Shown: positions 9,782-20,171, counted from the first letter of the stretch. The stretch: DNA of 64,000 nt from Candidatus Hydrogenedentota bacterium (GCA_963674865.2 CAXXYE010000009.1:1888001-1952000); one strand, 5' to 3'. Notes: generated by a model from the letters alone, not told the origin. A program made the numbers and translations.

Positions 9782-10038
9782 AGAGAAGGTACTCCAATGT
9801 TCTTTTCGCTGTGCATTCTAGTTCCGGCCCGCTGGCCGTTCAAGGCAAAACGGGCGTCCAGGCGCGGCCGATTCGTTTGCCCGGCCACCGGAGCCGTTTG
9901 ATTCCTGCCCACAGGGCGTGGTAGACAGTCAGGCACAGCCCGCCGGGTCTTGGGCTCTTTGGATGGATGGCCCGGCGCCACGCTTTCCCTATCAGGCCGT
10001 CATGCGCGGCTACTGGATAATCAGACGTAAGCCGATCT

Positions 10039-10746
10039 ATGTCCAAGAAGAATGAGAGGCCCGCCGTGGTGCTCCTGAGCGGAGGCATGGACTCCTCTGT
10101 CCTGCTGCATCACGTGGCACGTGGCTTGGCGCACGGCCCGGTGTATGCCCTCAGCTTCCACTACGGGCAGCGCCACGCCCGGGAGCTCGAATGCGCGCGT
10201 TGGCAGGCCGAGGCCGCCGGCGCGGCCGAACACCGCCTGCTCGACGTCGCTTTTCTGGGTGGCCTCGTCCAGGCGGGCTCAACGCTCGTGGATGGTGGTG
10301 GCGAGGTTCCCGATCTGGACACGCTCGAGCAGGGGCAATTGGATCAGCCGCCTACGTACGTGCCTAATCGGAATATGGTCTTGCTGTCCCTTGCCACGGC
10401 CTACGCGGAGGCGCGGGGGATTCGCGATGTATTTTACGGCGCGCAAGCGCAGGATGAATACGGCTACTGGGACTGCACGGCCGAGTTCGTCAAGCGGCTG
10501 AACCACACGCTGTCGCTCAATCGCCGCACGGCCGTCACGATCCATGCGCCTTTCGCGGCCATGCGCAAAGCGGCCACGCTCAAGCTCGGGCAAGGCCTGG
10601 GGGTGGACTTCGCCCACACCTGGAGTTGTTACCGCGGTGGCGAGATCGCCTGCGGCCGGTGCCCGACTTGTGTCGAGCGGCTCAACGCTTTTCGTGAAGC
10701 CGGCGCCGAGGATCCGCTGCCGTATCAAGAAAACGACGCCCGGTAA
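10039..10746 (+). CDS. queC: 7-cyano-7-deazaguanine synthase
   Basis: SGGMDS PP-loop, YGQRH, TYVPNRN, YWDC, SCY..CGRCPTC. Confidence 0.95.
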   Translation: MSKKNERPAVVLLSGGMDSSVLLHHVARGLAHGPVYALSFHYGQRHARELECARWQAEAAGAAEHRLLDVAFLGGLVQAGSTLVDGGGEVPDLDTLEQGQLDQPPTYVPNRNMVLLSLATAYAEARGIRDVFYGAQAQDEYGYWDCTAEFVKRLNHTLSLNRRTAVTIHAPFAAMRKAATLKLGQGLGVDFAHTWSCYRGGEIACGRCPTCVERLNAFREAGAEDPLPYQENDAR

Positions 10747-10783
10747 CTCGGGCGTATTGTCGAGAGCGAGAGGAGAGGTCCCT

Positions 10784-11089
10784 ATGCATATCGTTCACGT
10801 AAGCATCCACGTCAAACCGGAATGCGTCGAGGCTTTCAAAAAGGCTACGGTCATCAACGCGAGTAATAGCGCGCAGGAACCGGGCATCGCGCGGTTCGAC
10901 TTCATCCAGCAGCAAGATGATCCGACGCGGTTCATGCTGGTTGAGGTCTACCAGTCGCCCGACGACGTGGCCAAGCACAAGGAAACGGCCCACTACAACA
11001 CGTGGGCGGAAACGGTGGCCGACATGTTTGCGGAAGAGCGGACGCGCATCTTTTACACCAACGTCTTTCCGGAAAACGCGCGCTGGTAG
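10784..11089 (+). CDS. Antibiotic biosynthesis monooxygenase / LsrG-like protein
   Basis: [30 protein letters not shown]. Confidence 0.85.
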   Translation: MHIVHVSIHVKPECVEAFKKATVINASNSAQEPGIARFDFIQQQDDPTRFMLVEVYQSPDDVAKHKETAHYNTWAETVADMFAEERTRIFYTNVFPENARW

Positions 11090-11739
11090 AGAGAGCCGTT
11101 TCCCAGCAGGGCACTCGCGGGCGTTGAGGGCGTGGCACTGGGCTGCCCGGCCTCAGTGCTCCGCGGTTTTGAATTGGCCCAGTAAACAAGGCTCGTTCTG
11201 TTCTCCGATCTTGCTCAACCGTGTTCTCCCGCGACGGACACCACGCTAGCCTTAGAAACCGCGCGCGAACGCGAGAGTATCCCCAGCTAGGCTGTCGCAG
11301 GCCCGGCTTGCGTAACTCTCCTTCTCACAAATACTTGCGCCCACGCCCTTGATCAGGCCTCGGTTGCCTAGCTGCCGCATCCCCTCCGCCAGTTAACTTT
11401 GTGTTCCCACACCGCCCCACAGTTGACGATCGGCCCTGGTGTTAGCGCTAATCTGAAATTGGATATCACTGAGCTGTACACCATTGGGGCTTGACGCGTG
11501 TTTCTGTTGCTGATAGTCTAGATCCACGTTACGGACTCGGGCGTGCGGGGGATGGCCGGATTCGGCCTTGTTCTTCTCACGCTGGTATAAGACGGCTGTT
11601 CCCGCCCGTGTCTGCAGGGATTCCAAGCAAGGATGCTGACGGAGACGCCCGAATGATCTTCGATAGCTCCGGTAATCTCTATCTCACGGAGACGGTGTAC
11701 GAAGAGAACCGGTAGTCTCCGAGAAAGGAGCGGTGCGCT

Positions 11740-13116
11740 ATGTATACTCCGCGAACGTGGGGCCTTGCCGTCGTATTGGCCGCTGTGATTCTGGCCCGCT
11801 GTGACGTCGGCCCGAGCAATGTGTGGCGGGTGGACGCCTGCTCGCCGGCGGGTGAGGAGGCACAGGACGGCCTGACGTGGGAAACGGCCTTCGACACGAT
11901 TCAGGAGGGGCTCGACGCAGCCGCCGCGAAGTGCGGCGCCAACGGTGTGGCCTGTGAAGTCTGGATCGCCGGGGGAACCTACACGGGCGTCGGCGCCAAT
12001 GTCGAGGTTGACCAGGGGCACTACGGCGTCTTCGTCGAGGAATGCGTCGTTGCGCTGCGGGACGACGTACATGTCTACGGGGGATTCGCCGGGAATGAAA
12101 TCCGTCGTGGCGCGCGCGACATTCTCGCTCATGCGACGATCATTGACGGCGAAGAAACGCGTCGTTGCGTGTTTGCCGAGGATATTCCCGCGGGCGGCGC
12201 CACGCTCGACGGCATCACGCTCACGAACGGGCAAGCCTTTCGCGGGGGAGGCCTGTATAACCTCAACGCGAGCCCCAAGGTAGTACACTGTGCATTTACT
12301 TTGAACTATTCGACATACTCTGGTGGCGCTCTCTCGTCAAGCCAAGGAGGCGGCGTCTACAACATCGACGGGGCAAATCCGGCTATTTCCGGCTGCACGT
12401 TCACCGGAAACAACGCGTTCCTTGGTGGCGCCGTCTACAACGGCGAGGGGACGGCGCCTGTCCTGAGCCAGTGCGTGTTCACGGAGAACGTGGGATCCTA
12501 CGGCGGGGCGATGACTAACGACGGCGCATCGTGCACGCCCGAATTGAGCGGTTGTGCCTTTGCAGGAAACTCCGGGAGCCAATCCGCTGGGGCAATCCTG
12601 AGCATGCAGGCATCCAGCTTGCGTGTGGTGAACTCCGTCTTCATTAGGAATACTTCGAAATTCGGCGGCGCGATCGCTACCGACAGTTCGGCAACGCTCG
12701 ACGCGATCAACTGCTCGTTCTTCGGGAATACCGTATCCCTCACCGGCGGCGCGATCTGGAATGGCAGCGCCGTAGCCGAACTCACCAACTGCATCCTGTG
12801 GGGTGATTCGTCCGAGGCCAGCGCCGACGTACCGTTCCCCGCGGATCCGGAAGTCCACAATGACGGTGAGACGCCCTGTGTCATCACATACTCCTGCATC
12901 CAAGGCGGCTATGACGGCGAGGGGAACATAGACACAGATCCGCTGTATGCCGATCCGGAGGCGGATGATCTCCACCTGGCGTCCGGCTCGCCCTGCATCG
13001 ACGCCGGCACCTCGGAGGGCGCGCCCGACAGCGACTTCGACGGCGCGCCACGGCCCGTCGGCGCGGGCATCGATATCGGCGCATTTGAAAGTGACATGAC
13101 GGATACTCGCCGATAG
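11740..13116 (+). CDS. Secreted right-handed beta-helix protein with choice-of-anchor-Q-like tail, copy 1
   Basis: DGLTWETAFDTIQE, repeated FxxN..GGA, SPCIDAG..DFDGAPR..DIGAFE. Confidence 0.85.
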   Translation: MYTPRTWGLAVVLAAVILARCDVGPSNVWRVDACSPAGEEAQDGLTWETAFDTIQEGLDAAAAKCGANGVACEVWIAGGTYTGVGANVEVDQGHYGVFVEECVVALRDDVHVYGGFAGNEIRRGARDILAHATIIDGEETRRCVFAEDIPAGGATLDGITLTNGQAFRGGGLYNLNASPKVVHCAFTLNYSTYSGGALSSSQGGGVYNIDGANPAISGCTFTGNNAFLGGAVYNGEGTAPVLSQCVFTENVGSYGGAMTNDGASCTPELSGCAFAGNSGSQSAGAILSMQASSLRVVNSVFIRNTSKFGGAIATDSSATLDAINCSFFGNTVSLTGGAIWNGSAVAELTNCILWGDSSEASADVPFPADPEVHNDGETPCVITYSCIQGGYDGEGNIDTDPLYADPEADDLHLASGSPCIDAGTSEGAPDSDFDGAPRPVGAGIDIGAFESDMTDTRR

Positions 13117-13233
13117 CGGCGCGACAAAGCTGACGGAGACGCCCGAATGATCTTCGATAGCTCCGGTAATCTCTATCTCACGGGGACGGTGTACGAAGAG
13201 AACCGGTAGTTTCCGGGAAAGGAGCGGTGCACT

Positions 13234-14610
13234 ATGTATACTCCGCGAACGTGGGGCCTTGCCGTTGTATTGGCCGCTATGATTCTGGCGCGGTGTGACG
13301 TCGGCCCGAGCAATGTGTGGCGGGTGGACGCCTCCTCGCCCGCGGGTGAGGAGACACAGGATGGCCTGACGTGGGAAACGGCCTTCGACACAATTCAGGA
13401 GGGCATCGACGCGGCCGCCGCGAAGTGCGGCGCCAACGGTGTGGCCCGTGAAGTCTGGATCGCCGGGGGAACCTACACGGGCGTCGGCGGTAACAGCGAA
13501 GTCGAGTACGAGTACTACGGCGTCTTCGTCGAGGAATGCGTCGTTCTGCTGCGTGATGGTGTACATGCCTACGGGGGATTTGCCGGTGATGAAATCCGTC
13601 GTGACGCGCGCGACGTTGTCGCCTATGCGACGATCATTGACGGCGAAGAAACGCGCCGTTGCGTGTTCGCGGAAGACATTCCCGCGGGCGGCGCCACGCT
13701 CGACGGCATCACGCTCACGAACGGGCAAGCCTTTCGCGGGGGAGGCTTGTATAACCTCAACGCCAGCCCCAAGGTAGCCAACTGCAAGTTCACGCTGAAC
13801 CGCTCGACACGCTATGATAGTGATCTTACGTCCAGCCGAGGAGGCGGTATCTACTGCATCGACGGGGCAAATCCGGTCATTTCCGGCTGCACCTTCACCG
13901 GAAACAACGCGTTCCTTGGCGGCGGCCTGTACAACGGCGAGGGGACGGCGCCTGTCCTGAGCCGGTGCGTGTTCACGGAGAACCTCGGCGCCCACGGCGG
14001 TGCGATGACTAGCGACGGCGCATCGTGCACGGCCGAATTGAACGCCTGTACCTTTGTAGGAAACCGCGGAACCGAACTCGCTGGGGCAGTCTTCAGCAGG
14101 AGTGGACTCAGTCTGCGTGTGGTGAACTCCGTCTTCATTAAGAACACGTCGAAATTCGGCGGCGCGATCTATGCCGGCTCTTCGACAACGCTCGAAGCGA
14201 TCAACTGCTCGTTCTTCGGGAATACCGTATCCCTTAGTGGCGGTGCGATCTGGAACGACAGTGCGGCAGCCCAACTCACGAACTGCATCCTGTGGGGCGA
14301 CTCGTCCGAGGCGCCCGGCGGCGCGCTGCTCGCCGCGGATCCGGAAGTCCACAACGAGGGCGAGACGCCCTGCGTCATCACGTACTCCTGCGTCCAAGGC
14401 GGCTATGAAGGCGAGGGAAACATGGATGCAGATCCGCTGTATGGCGATCCGGAGGCGGATGATCTCCACCTGGCGTCCGGCTCGCCCTGCATCGACGCCG
14501 GCACCTCGGAGGGCGCGCCCGACAGCGACTTCGACGGCGCGCCACGGCCCGTGGGCGCGGGCATCGATATCGGCGCATTTGAAAGTGACATGACGGATAC
14601 TTGCCGATAG
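13234..14610 (+). CDS. Secreted right-handed beta-helix protein, copy 2
   Basis: Paralog of copy 1 with the same motifs. Confidence 0.85.
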   Translation: MYTPRTWGLAVVLAAMILARCDVGPSNVWRVDASSPAGEETQDGLTWETAFDTIQEGIDAAAAKCGANGVAREVWIAGGTYTGVGGNSEVEYEYYGVFVEECVVLLRDGVHAYGGFAGDEIRRDARDVVAYATIIDGEETRRCVFAEDIPAGGATLDGITLTNGQAFRGGGLYNLNASPKVANCKFTLNRSTRYDSDLTSSRGGGIYCIDGANPVISGCTFTGNNAFLGGGLYNGEGTAPVLSRCVFTENLGAHGGAMTSDGASCTAELNACTFVGNRGTELAGAVFSRSGLSLRVVNSVFIKNTSKFGGAIYAGSSTTLEAINCSFFGNTVSLSGGAIWNDSAAAQLTNCILWGDSSEAPGGALLAADPEVHNEGETPCVITYSCVQGGYEGEGNMDADPLYGDPEADDLHLASGSPCIDAGTSEGAPDSDFDGAPRPVGAGIDIGAFESDMTDTCR

Positions 14611-14727
14611 CGGCGCGACAAAGCTGACGGAGACGCCCGAATGATCTTCGACAGCTCCGGGAATCTTTACCTCACGGGCTCGGTGTACGAAGAGAACCGG
14701 TAGACTGTGGGAAAGGAAGGGTGCGCT

Positions 14728-16101
14728 ATGTATACTCCGCGAACGTGGGGCCTTGTCGTCGTATTGGGCGCCATGATTCTGGCCCGTTGTGACGTCGGCC
14801 CGGGCAACGTGTGGCGGGTGGACGCCTCCTCGCCCGCGGGTGAGGAGACACAGGATGGCCTGACGTGGGAAACGGCCTTCGACACAATTCAGGAGGGGCT
14901 CGATGCGGCCGCCGCGAAGTGCGGCGCCAGCGGTGTGGCCTGTGAAGTCTGGATCGCCGGGGGAACCTACACGGGCGTCGGCGGTAATAGCGAGGTCGAG
15001 TACGAGTACTACGGCGTTTTCGTCGAGGAATGCGTCGTTCTGCTGCGGGACGGTGTGCATGTCTACGGGGGATTTGCCGGTGATGAAATCCGTCGTGACG
15101 CGCGCGACATTCTCGCCCATGCGACGATCATTGACGGCGAAGAAACGCGCCGTTGCGTGTTCGCGGAAGACATTCCAGCGAGCAGCGCGACGCTCGACGG
15201 CATCACGCTCACGAACGGGGAAGCCTTTCGCGGGGGAGGTATGTATAACCTCAGCGCCAGCCCCAAGGTAGTCAAATGTACATTTACGCGAAACTACTCG
15301 ACCCATTACGATAGTGCTCTTGAGTCCGGCCAAGGAGGCGGCGTCTACAACATCGACGGGGCCAATCCGGTGATCTCCGGCTGTACCTTTGCCGAGAACG
15401 GCGCCTTTTTCGGCGGCGGCCTGTACAACGGCGAGGGGACGGCGCCTGTCCTGAGCCAGTGCGTGTTCACGGAGAATGGCGCCATGATTGGCGGTGCGAT
15501 GGCCAGCGCAGGCACATCGTGCACGGCCGAATTGAACGCCTGTACCTTTGTGGATAACTATGGACATTACCACTCTGGGGCAATCTCTGTTGGTTCATCC
15601 AGCCTGCGCATGGTGAACTCCGTCTTCACTGGGAATACATCGAGATTCGGCGGCGCGATCGGTACCAGTTCTTCGGCGACGCTCGAAGCGATCAACTGCT
15701 CGTTCTTCGGGAATGCCGCATCCCTTAGCGGCGGCGCGCTCTGGAATGGCAGCGCGGCAGCCGAACTCAAGAACTGCATCCTGTGGGGCGATTCGTCCGA
15801 GGGGCTCGCCGAACCGGCGCTTCCCACGGATCCGGAAATCCACAACGAGGGCGAGACGCCCTGCGTCATCACATACTCCTGCGTCCAAGGCGGCTACGAC
15901 GGCGAGGGAAACATAGACACAGATCCGCTGTATGCCGATCCGGAGGCGGATGATCTCCACCTGGCGTCCGGCTCGCCCTGCATCGACGCCGGCACCTCGG
16001 AGGGCGCGCCCGACAGCGACTTCGACGGCGCGCCACGGCCCGTCGGCGCGGGCATCGATATCGGCGCATTTGAAAGCGATGTGACGAGTACTTGCCGATA
16101 G
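14728..16101 (+). CDS. Secreted right-handed beta-helix protein, copy 3
   Basis: Paralog of copies 1-2; ATG at the equivalent position in the unit. Confidence 0.85.
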   Translation: MYTPRTWGLVVVLGAMILARCDVGPGNVWRVDASSPAGEETQDGLTWETAFDTIQEGLDAAAAKCGASGVACEVWIAGGTYTGVGGNSEVEYEYYGVFVEECVVLLRDGVHVYGGFAGDEIRRDARDILAHATIIDGEETRRCVFAEDIPASSATLDGITLTNGEAFRGGGMYNLSASPKVVKCTFTRNYSTHYDSALESGQGGGVYNIDGANPVISGCTFAENGAFFGGGLYNGEGTAPVLSQCVFTENGAMIGGAMASAGTSCTAELNACTFVDNYGHYHSGAISVGSSSLRMVNSVFTGNTSRFGGAIGTSSSATLEAINCSFFGNAASLSGGALWNGSAAAELKNCILWGDSSEGLAEPALPTDPEIHNEGETPCVITYSCVQGGYDGEGNIDTDPLYADPEADDLHLASGSPCIDAGTSEGAPDSDFDGAPRPVGAGIDIGAFESDVTSTCR

Positions 16102-16125
16102 TGGCGCCAAAGGCGCCACAGCGTC

Positions 16126-16219
16126 GCGCGAGCTCATTCAGACTCAGGTGATCCAGTGCGCCGTGCAAGCGTTTGTTGTTGTAGTGCTCGTTCCAGCGTT
16201 GGGCCAGCGCTTGGCTCTG
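16126..16219 (-). pseudogene. IS3/IS481-like transposase C-terminal remnant
   Basis: QRWNEHYNNKRLHGALDHLSLNE resembles the W..YN..R.H.AL...P.E tail of integrase-core transposases; no intact gene. Confidence 0.5.
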
Positions 16220-16314
16220 CCCGGCAACGTGCTTGACTTCCTGCGTGGCCTGCGCTACATTCTGCATTGTTTGATGCGAGTTGACACGAGGTCCAACCAG
16301 GAAAGGAGGCGTGC

Positions 16315-16377
16315 ATGTTGGCTATTGTGAGAGAGCGAGTCGTTGCGATGTCACGCCCCCGCCGGGCCTGCCGCTAG
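16315..16377 (+). CDS. Putative leader peptide (uORF) MLAIVRERVVAMSRPRRACR
   Basis: Strong AAAGGAGG RBS at 16302-16309; lies inside an attenuator-like structure. Confidence 0.55.
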   Translation: MLAIVRERVVAMSRPRRACR

Positions 16378-16444
16378 AACCGTGTTCCAACCTTGAGAAT
16401 CTAGTCGCCGCGCCATCCGGGCGGGGCTTATCCGGCTTTTCCAG

Positions 16445-16484
16445 AGTCGCGGGCGTGACACGCGCCTGCGGCTTTTTCTTTCTT
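16445..16484 (+). terminator. Intrinsic terminator in the rsgA leader (attenuator)
   Basis: 13-bp stem agtcgcgggcgtg/cgcgcctgcggct (3 G-U pairs), loop aca, followed by ttttctttctt. Confidence 0.7.
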
Positions 16485-16545
16485 CACCGTGATTTCCAGC
16501 GCCGCGTCTGTGGCGAATTGCCTATTGACAGGGAGATGATTACCG

Positions 16546-17628
16546 ATGAATTTGGCTGAACTGGGATGGAGCGACTTCTTTGCGAAGTCGTTTGAGCCTC
16601 TGAGTACGCGCGGCTTTGTGCCCGCTAGGGCGTCGCGCGAACATAATCGTGTTTACAGCGTTATCGCGGAAGAAGGTGTGTTTAGCGCCGAGGTGTCGGG
16701 AAGGTTTGCCTACGACGCCGCGAGCAAGAAGGATTTCCCCGCCGTGGGCGACTGGGTGGCGATCCAGCCGGAATCGGGAGGCGGGCGTGCCACCATCCAC
16801 GCCGTGCTGCCGAGGAAGAGCGCTTTCGTCCGCAAGACGGCGGGGGCGCGCACCGAGGAGCAGGTTGTCGCGGCGAATGTGGACATTGTCTTCCTCGTCA
16901 GTGGCCTGGACGGCGACTTCAGTGTTCGCCGTATCGAACGCTACCTGACAGCCGCGTGGGATAGCGGCGCCAGTCCGGTTGTCGTGCTTAACAAGGCCGA
17001 TCTCTGCGCCGACGTGGAGGAGCGGGCCCGCGAGGTGGAGTCCGTCGCCTTCGGCGTGCCGATTCTCTCCGTGAGCGCGAAGGAGGCTCAAGGGATGGCG
17101 GCGTTGCGCGAGCAGATCGGGCAAGGGAAGACCGCCGCCTTTCTCGGCTCGTCGGGCGTGGGCAAGTCCACGCTTATCAACGGGCTGCTGGGCGTCTCGC
17201 GCCAGGAAGTCCAGGACGTCCGGGGGGATGACAGCCGCGGCCGACATACGACAACATACCGAGAGTTGGTGGTGATTCCCGGGGGCGGCCTCGTCATTGA
17301 CACGCCGGGCATGCGTGAACTCCAGCTCTGGAGCGATGGCGATGGCCTCGAACGCACCTTCGAGGATATCGAGGAACGCGCCGCCGAGTGCCGGTTCCGG
17401 GATTGCCGCCATGAGTCCGAGCCCGGCTGCGCCGTCCGGCGGGCGCTCGAGGAGGGTGAGCTGGATGAAGGGCGGTGGCGGAGCTATCTCAAGTTGCGCA
17501 AGGAACTGGACTACTTGGCGAGCCGGCAGGATCAGAGCGCGCGCCTTGTCGAGAAAGCCCGGTGGAGGAAGATCGCCATGGAAGTCAGGCGTATCGAGAA
17601 GAATAAGCAATCGAGGGGAGACAGGTAG
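16546..17628 (+). CDS. rsgA: Ribosome small subunit-dependent GTPase A
   Basis: PAVGDWV, NKAD, GSSGVGKST, GRHTT, DTPG, CRFRDCRHESEPGC zinc finger. Confidence 0.95.
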   Translation: MNLAELGWSDFFAKSFEPLSTRGFVPARASREHNRVYSVIAEEGVFSAEVSGRFAYDAASKKDFPAVGDWVAIQPESGGGRATIHAVLPRKSAFVRKTAGARTEEQVVAANVDIVFLVSGLDGDFSVRRIERYLTAAWDSGASPVVVLNKADLCADVEERAREVESVAFGVPILSVSAKEAQGMAALREQIGQGKTAAFLGSSGVGKSTLINGLLGVSRQEVQDVRGDDSRGRHTTTYRELVVIPGGGLVIDTPGMRELQLWSDGDGLERTFEDIEERAAECRFRDCRHESEPGCAVRRALEEGELDEGRWRSYLKLRKELDYLASRQDQSARLVEKARWRKIAMEVRRIEKNKQSRGDR

Positions 17629-17709
17629 CATCTCCTGCCCGGCTCCTTTTCCGCTTGGCCGTTGATGGGGTAGACTCGGGCGAGCGCGATTGCGAATGGA
17701 GGAGAATGG

Positions 17710-18885
17710 ATGAGTTGGACGACGATGCTCACGTGTGCCGTCGGGGTGCTGCCGGTTGTCGTATTGTGGGCGGGCGAGGCCTGGTGCGAGCCGCCCGGCT
17801 CCGAGGCCCCGGAGTCTGAGGCGGGAGGGCCTGTTATGGCTAACGGCTGTGTCTTCCTTTCCGATGCGCGCCTGGCGACTCTGAAGACGCGCATCGAGAA
17901 CCAGGTCGAGCCGACGTGGTCGGCCTGGTGCGCGCTCGAGAAGGCCGCCGACGCCGCGCTGGAGCGCCAGCCGCACGCGCCCGTGGAATGGCACGTGCCG
18001 TATGTCTACCAGGATGCGAAGGGCCATAAGGAGGCCAAGCAGGGCCTGCAGGATGACGCAAACAGCGCGTACGCGTTGGCGTTGGCCTATCGCATGACGG
18101 GCGAGGATAGATATGCGGCGGCGGCCGTCCGGCTGCTGGATGCGTGGGCGACGACGGTTGAGACGCTCAGGCGTGATGAAGATTCGGGACTGTCCTTCAG
18201 CTACCATTTCCCGGCGTTGATTCTTGCGGCGGACTTGCTCGAAGACGCCTCTGTTTGGCCGGCGGCGCGGCAGGAGGTTTTCAAGCGGTTCGTCCGCGAG
18301 AAGGCCCTGCCTATGAACACGATGGCCAAGGATAACAACTGGGGCAATTGGGGTCTGGTGCTCGTGATCGCCTCGGCGGCGTATCTCGAGGATCAAGTCC
18401 TGCTCGATCAGGCCGTGGCGCGGTGGCGCACGTTCATCGAGGAGCAGATCGCCGAGGACGGCCATCTCGTTCGCGAGGTGGAGCGCGCCGGCACGGGCCG
18501 CTCCGGCGACTACGGTATCTGGTACAGCCACTTCTCTTTGATGCCTCAAACCATCGCCGCCGAGATTGCGCGCGTCAACGGCGTGGACCTCTACGATTAC
18601 GTCTCACCCTCCGGCCGATCCTTGCGCCTCGCCTTCGACTGGCTGGCGCCGTGGGTCCATGAACCGGAGAAGTTCCCGTATTTCCAGGGCGGGGACGTGA
18701 AGAAGCTCGTCGGCGTAAGCTACGCAAGCTACTTCGAGATTCTCAACGCCCATTGGTTCAATCCGGACGCCGAGGCCGTCATCGAATCGCTTCGGCCCCT
18801 GACGGCGAACCATTCGGCGCCGTTCCTTACGTTCACCCACGGGGGGCTCTTGGAGGACGCCGGGCCGTCAACAGGTGGCTCATAG
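17710..18885 (+). CDS. Alginate lyase family (alpha/alpha toroid) secreted protein
   Basis: Signal peptide, AYALALAY, NNWGNW, GIWYSHF. Confidence 0.75.
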   Translation: MSWTTMLTCAVGVLPVVVLWAGEAWCEPPGSEAPESEAGGPVMANGCVFLSDARLATLKTRIENQVEPTWSAWCALEKAADAALERQPHAPVEWHVPYVYQDAKGHKEAKQGLQDDANSAYALALAYRMTGEDRYAAAAVRLLDAWATTVETLRRDEDSGLSFSYHFPALILAADLLEDASVWPAARQEVFKRFVREKALPMNTMAKDNNWGNWGLVLVIASAAYLEDQVLLDQAVARWRTFIEEQIAEDGHLVREVERAGTGRSGDYGIWYSHFSLMPQTIAAEIARVNGVDLYDYVSPSGRSLRLAFDWLAPWVHEPEKFPYFQGGDVKKLVGVSYASYFEILNAHWFNPDAEAVIESLRPLTANHSAPFLTFTHGGLLEDAGPSTGGS

Positions 18886-18889
18886 GACA

Positions 18890-20110
18890 ATGCACGCGTC
18901 TCCGGCGAATGTGGCAGTTGCCGTAGTGGCGCCATCGGCCGTATACGGCATGGATGCGCCCGTAGCGTTCCGCGTGAAGGCTCCTTCGGGCGCGCGTCTG
19001 GAGTATCGCGCTACGTGGGATGGCGGGGCCGTCATCGCATCGGGCGAAGTGCAGCTTGAGAATGGCGGCGCGGAGGTGACGGTGCCGGGCGGTAGGCCGG
19101 GATTCATCCGCCTGAGCGTCTTCGAGGAACCGGATGGCGCTCCCGTCGAAGCGGCGGCCGCCGTGGCCCCGGAGGAGATTGCCCCGTCCCTCACCGTGCC
19201 GGAAGACTTCGACGCGTTTTGGCAAGCGAAGTTGTCCGCCGCGCGCAGTGGCTCGCCGAACGCTGACGTGCGGCTATACGCGGAGCGCGAGGAGGGAACC
19301 ATCCACGCCGTGCGCGCTCCAATGGCCGATGGCTCGGCTGTGCACGGCTGGCTGCTTCGTCCAACGCGCCCGGGGCCTTATCCTGCGGTTGTGCGCTATC
19401 ACGGAGCGGGCGTCTACGGCATCACCCCGGATAACGGCTTGGACTGGGCCGAGCGCGGAATCATGGTGTTCTCGATCAATCCGCACGCGATTCCTAACGA
19501 TCAACCGGCGGACTACTACGAGGCGCTCCGGAAAGGTGCGCTGGCGGATTACCGGACGCGGGGACGCGACTCGCGGGACACGTTGTACTTCGTCGAGATG
19601 TTTCTGCGGGCCTCACGCGCCGTGGACTTTGTCGCGTCATTGCGGGAGTGGGATGGCCGCCATCTTATTGCCGAGGGACACAGCCAAGGCGGCGGGCAGG
19701 CTTTCGCGGCGGCCGCCTTGAACACGAGCGTCACGGGACTCATCACGTCATGTCCCACCCATTGCGATCACAGCGGGCCGGCTATCGGGCGGGTGGCCGG
19801 ATGGCCTCGGATCGTCGAGATCCTGGAAGGCCGGCCCGACTCGCGGCAACTCGAAGCGGCGCGATATATCGACGCCGTGAATTTCGCCACCCGGATTCAT
19901 CGCCCTGCACTGGGGTGCGTCTGTTTCTTGGACGACGTTTGTCCGCCCACGGCGGCTTACGCCGCCTACAACGCCCTACGTGGGGCCAAGAGGATTGTCC
20001 ACGAGTCTGGCATGGGGCACGTGCATACGGAAGGGTTCAGGAAGGTTACCTTGGACTGGGGCGCTGAACAGTTCGTCGTTTCCCGAAAGCCTCTCACGCG
20101 CAACGCCTGA
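18890..20110 (+). CDS. Acetylxylan esterase / cephalosporin-C deacetylase (CE7-like)
   Basis: PEDFDAFW, GHSQGG nucleophile, DDVCPP, GH. Confidence 0.85.
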   Translation: MHASPANVAVAVVAPSAVYGMDAPVAFRVKAPSGARLEYRATWDGGAVIASGEVQLENGGAEVTVPGGRPGFIRLSVFEEPDGAPVEAAAAVAPEEIAPSLTVPEDFDAFWQAKLSAARSGSPNADVRLYAEREEGTIHAVRAPMADGSAVHGWLLRPTRPGPYPAVVRYHGAGVYGITPDNGLDWAERGIMVFSINPHAIPNDQPADYYEALRKGALADYRTRGRDSRDTLYFVEMFLRASRAVDFVASLREWDGRHLIAEGHSQGGGQAFAAAALNTSVTGLITSCPTHCDHSGPAIGRVAGWPRIVEILEGRPDSRQLEAARYIDAVNFATRIHRPALGCVCFLDDVCPPTAAYAAYNALRGAKRIVHESGMGHVHTEGFRKVTLDWGAEQFVVSRKPLTRNA

Positions 20111-20171
20111 TTCCCGACGTGCCCGGGAGAGAATGGCTGTAGGTTCCGTTGCACCGGTGCTTGAGCGGATG

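Larger units (their letters stand above)
11635..16112 (+). repeat. Three tandem 1494-bp units, each a coding stub plus RBS plus beta-helix gene
   Basis: Units start at 11635, 13129 and 14623 (gctgacggagacgcccgaatg). Confidence 0.95.

Noticed and set aside
10039..10746. QueC-based defence system (Qat/Dpd-like)
   Set aside because: Canonical-length QueC with no TatD, ATPase or dpd neighbours.
12337..15573. 1078-aa minus-strand ORF and other long antisense ORFs (16540-18549, 21810-23429, 41472-43652, 47587-49239, 55417-57102)
   Set aside because: Shadows of GC3-biased genes on the opposite strand; no protein motifs.
11740..16101. DGR-driven diversification of the beta-helix copies
   Set aside because: Differences are not adenine-specific, and no reverse transcriptase or template repeat is visible.
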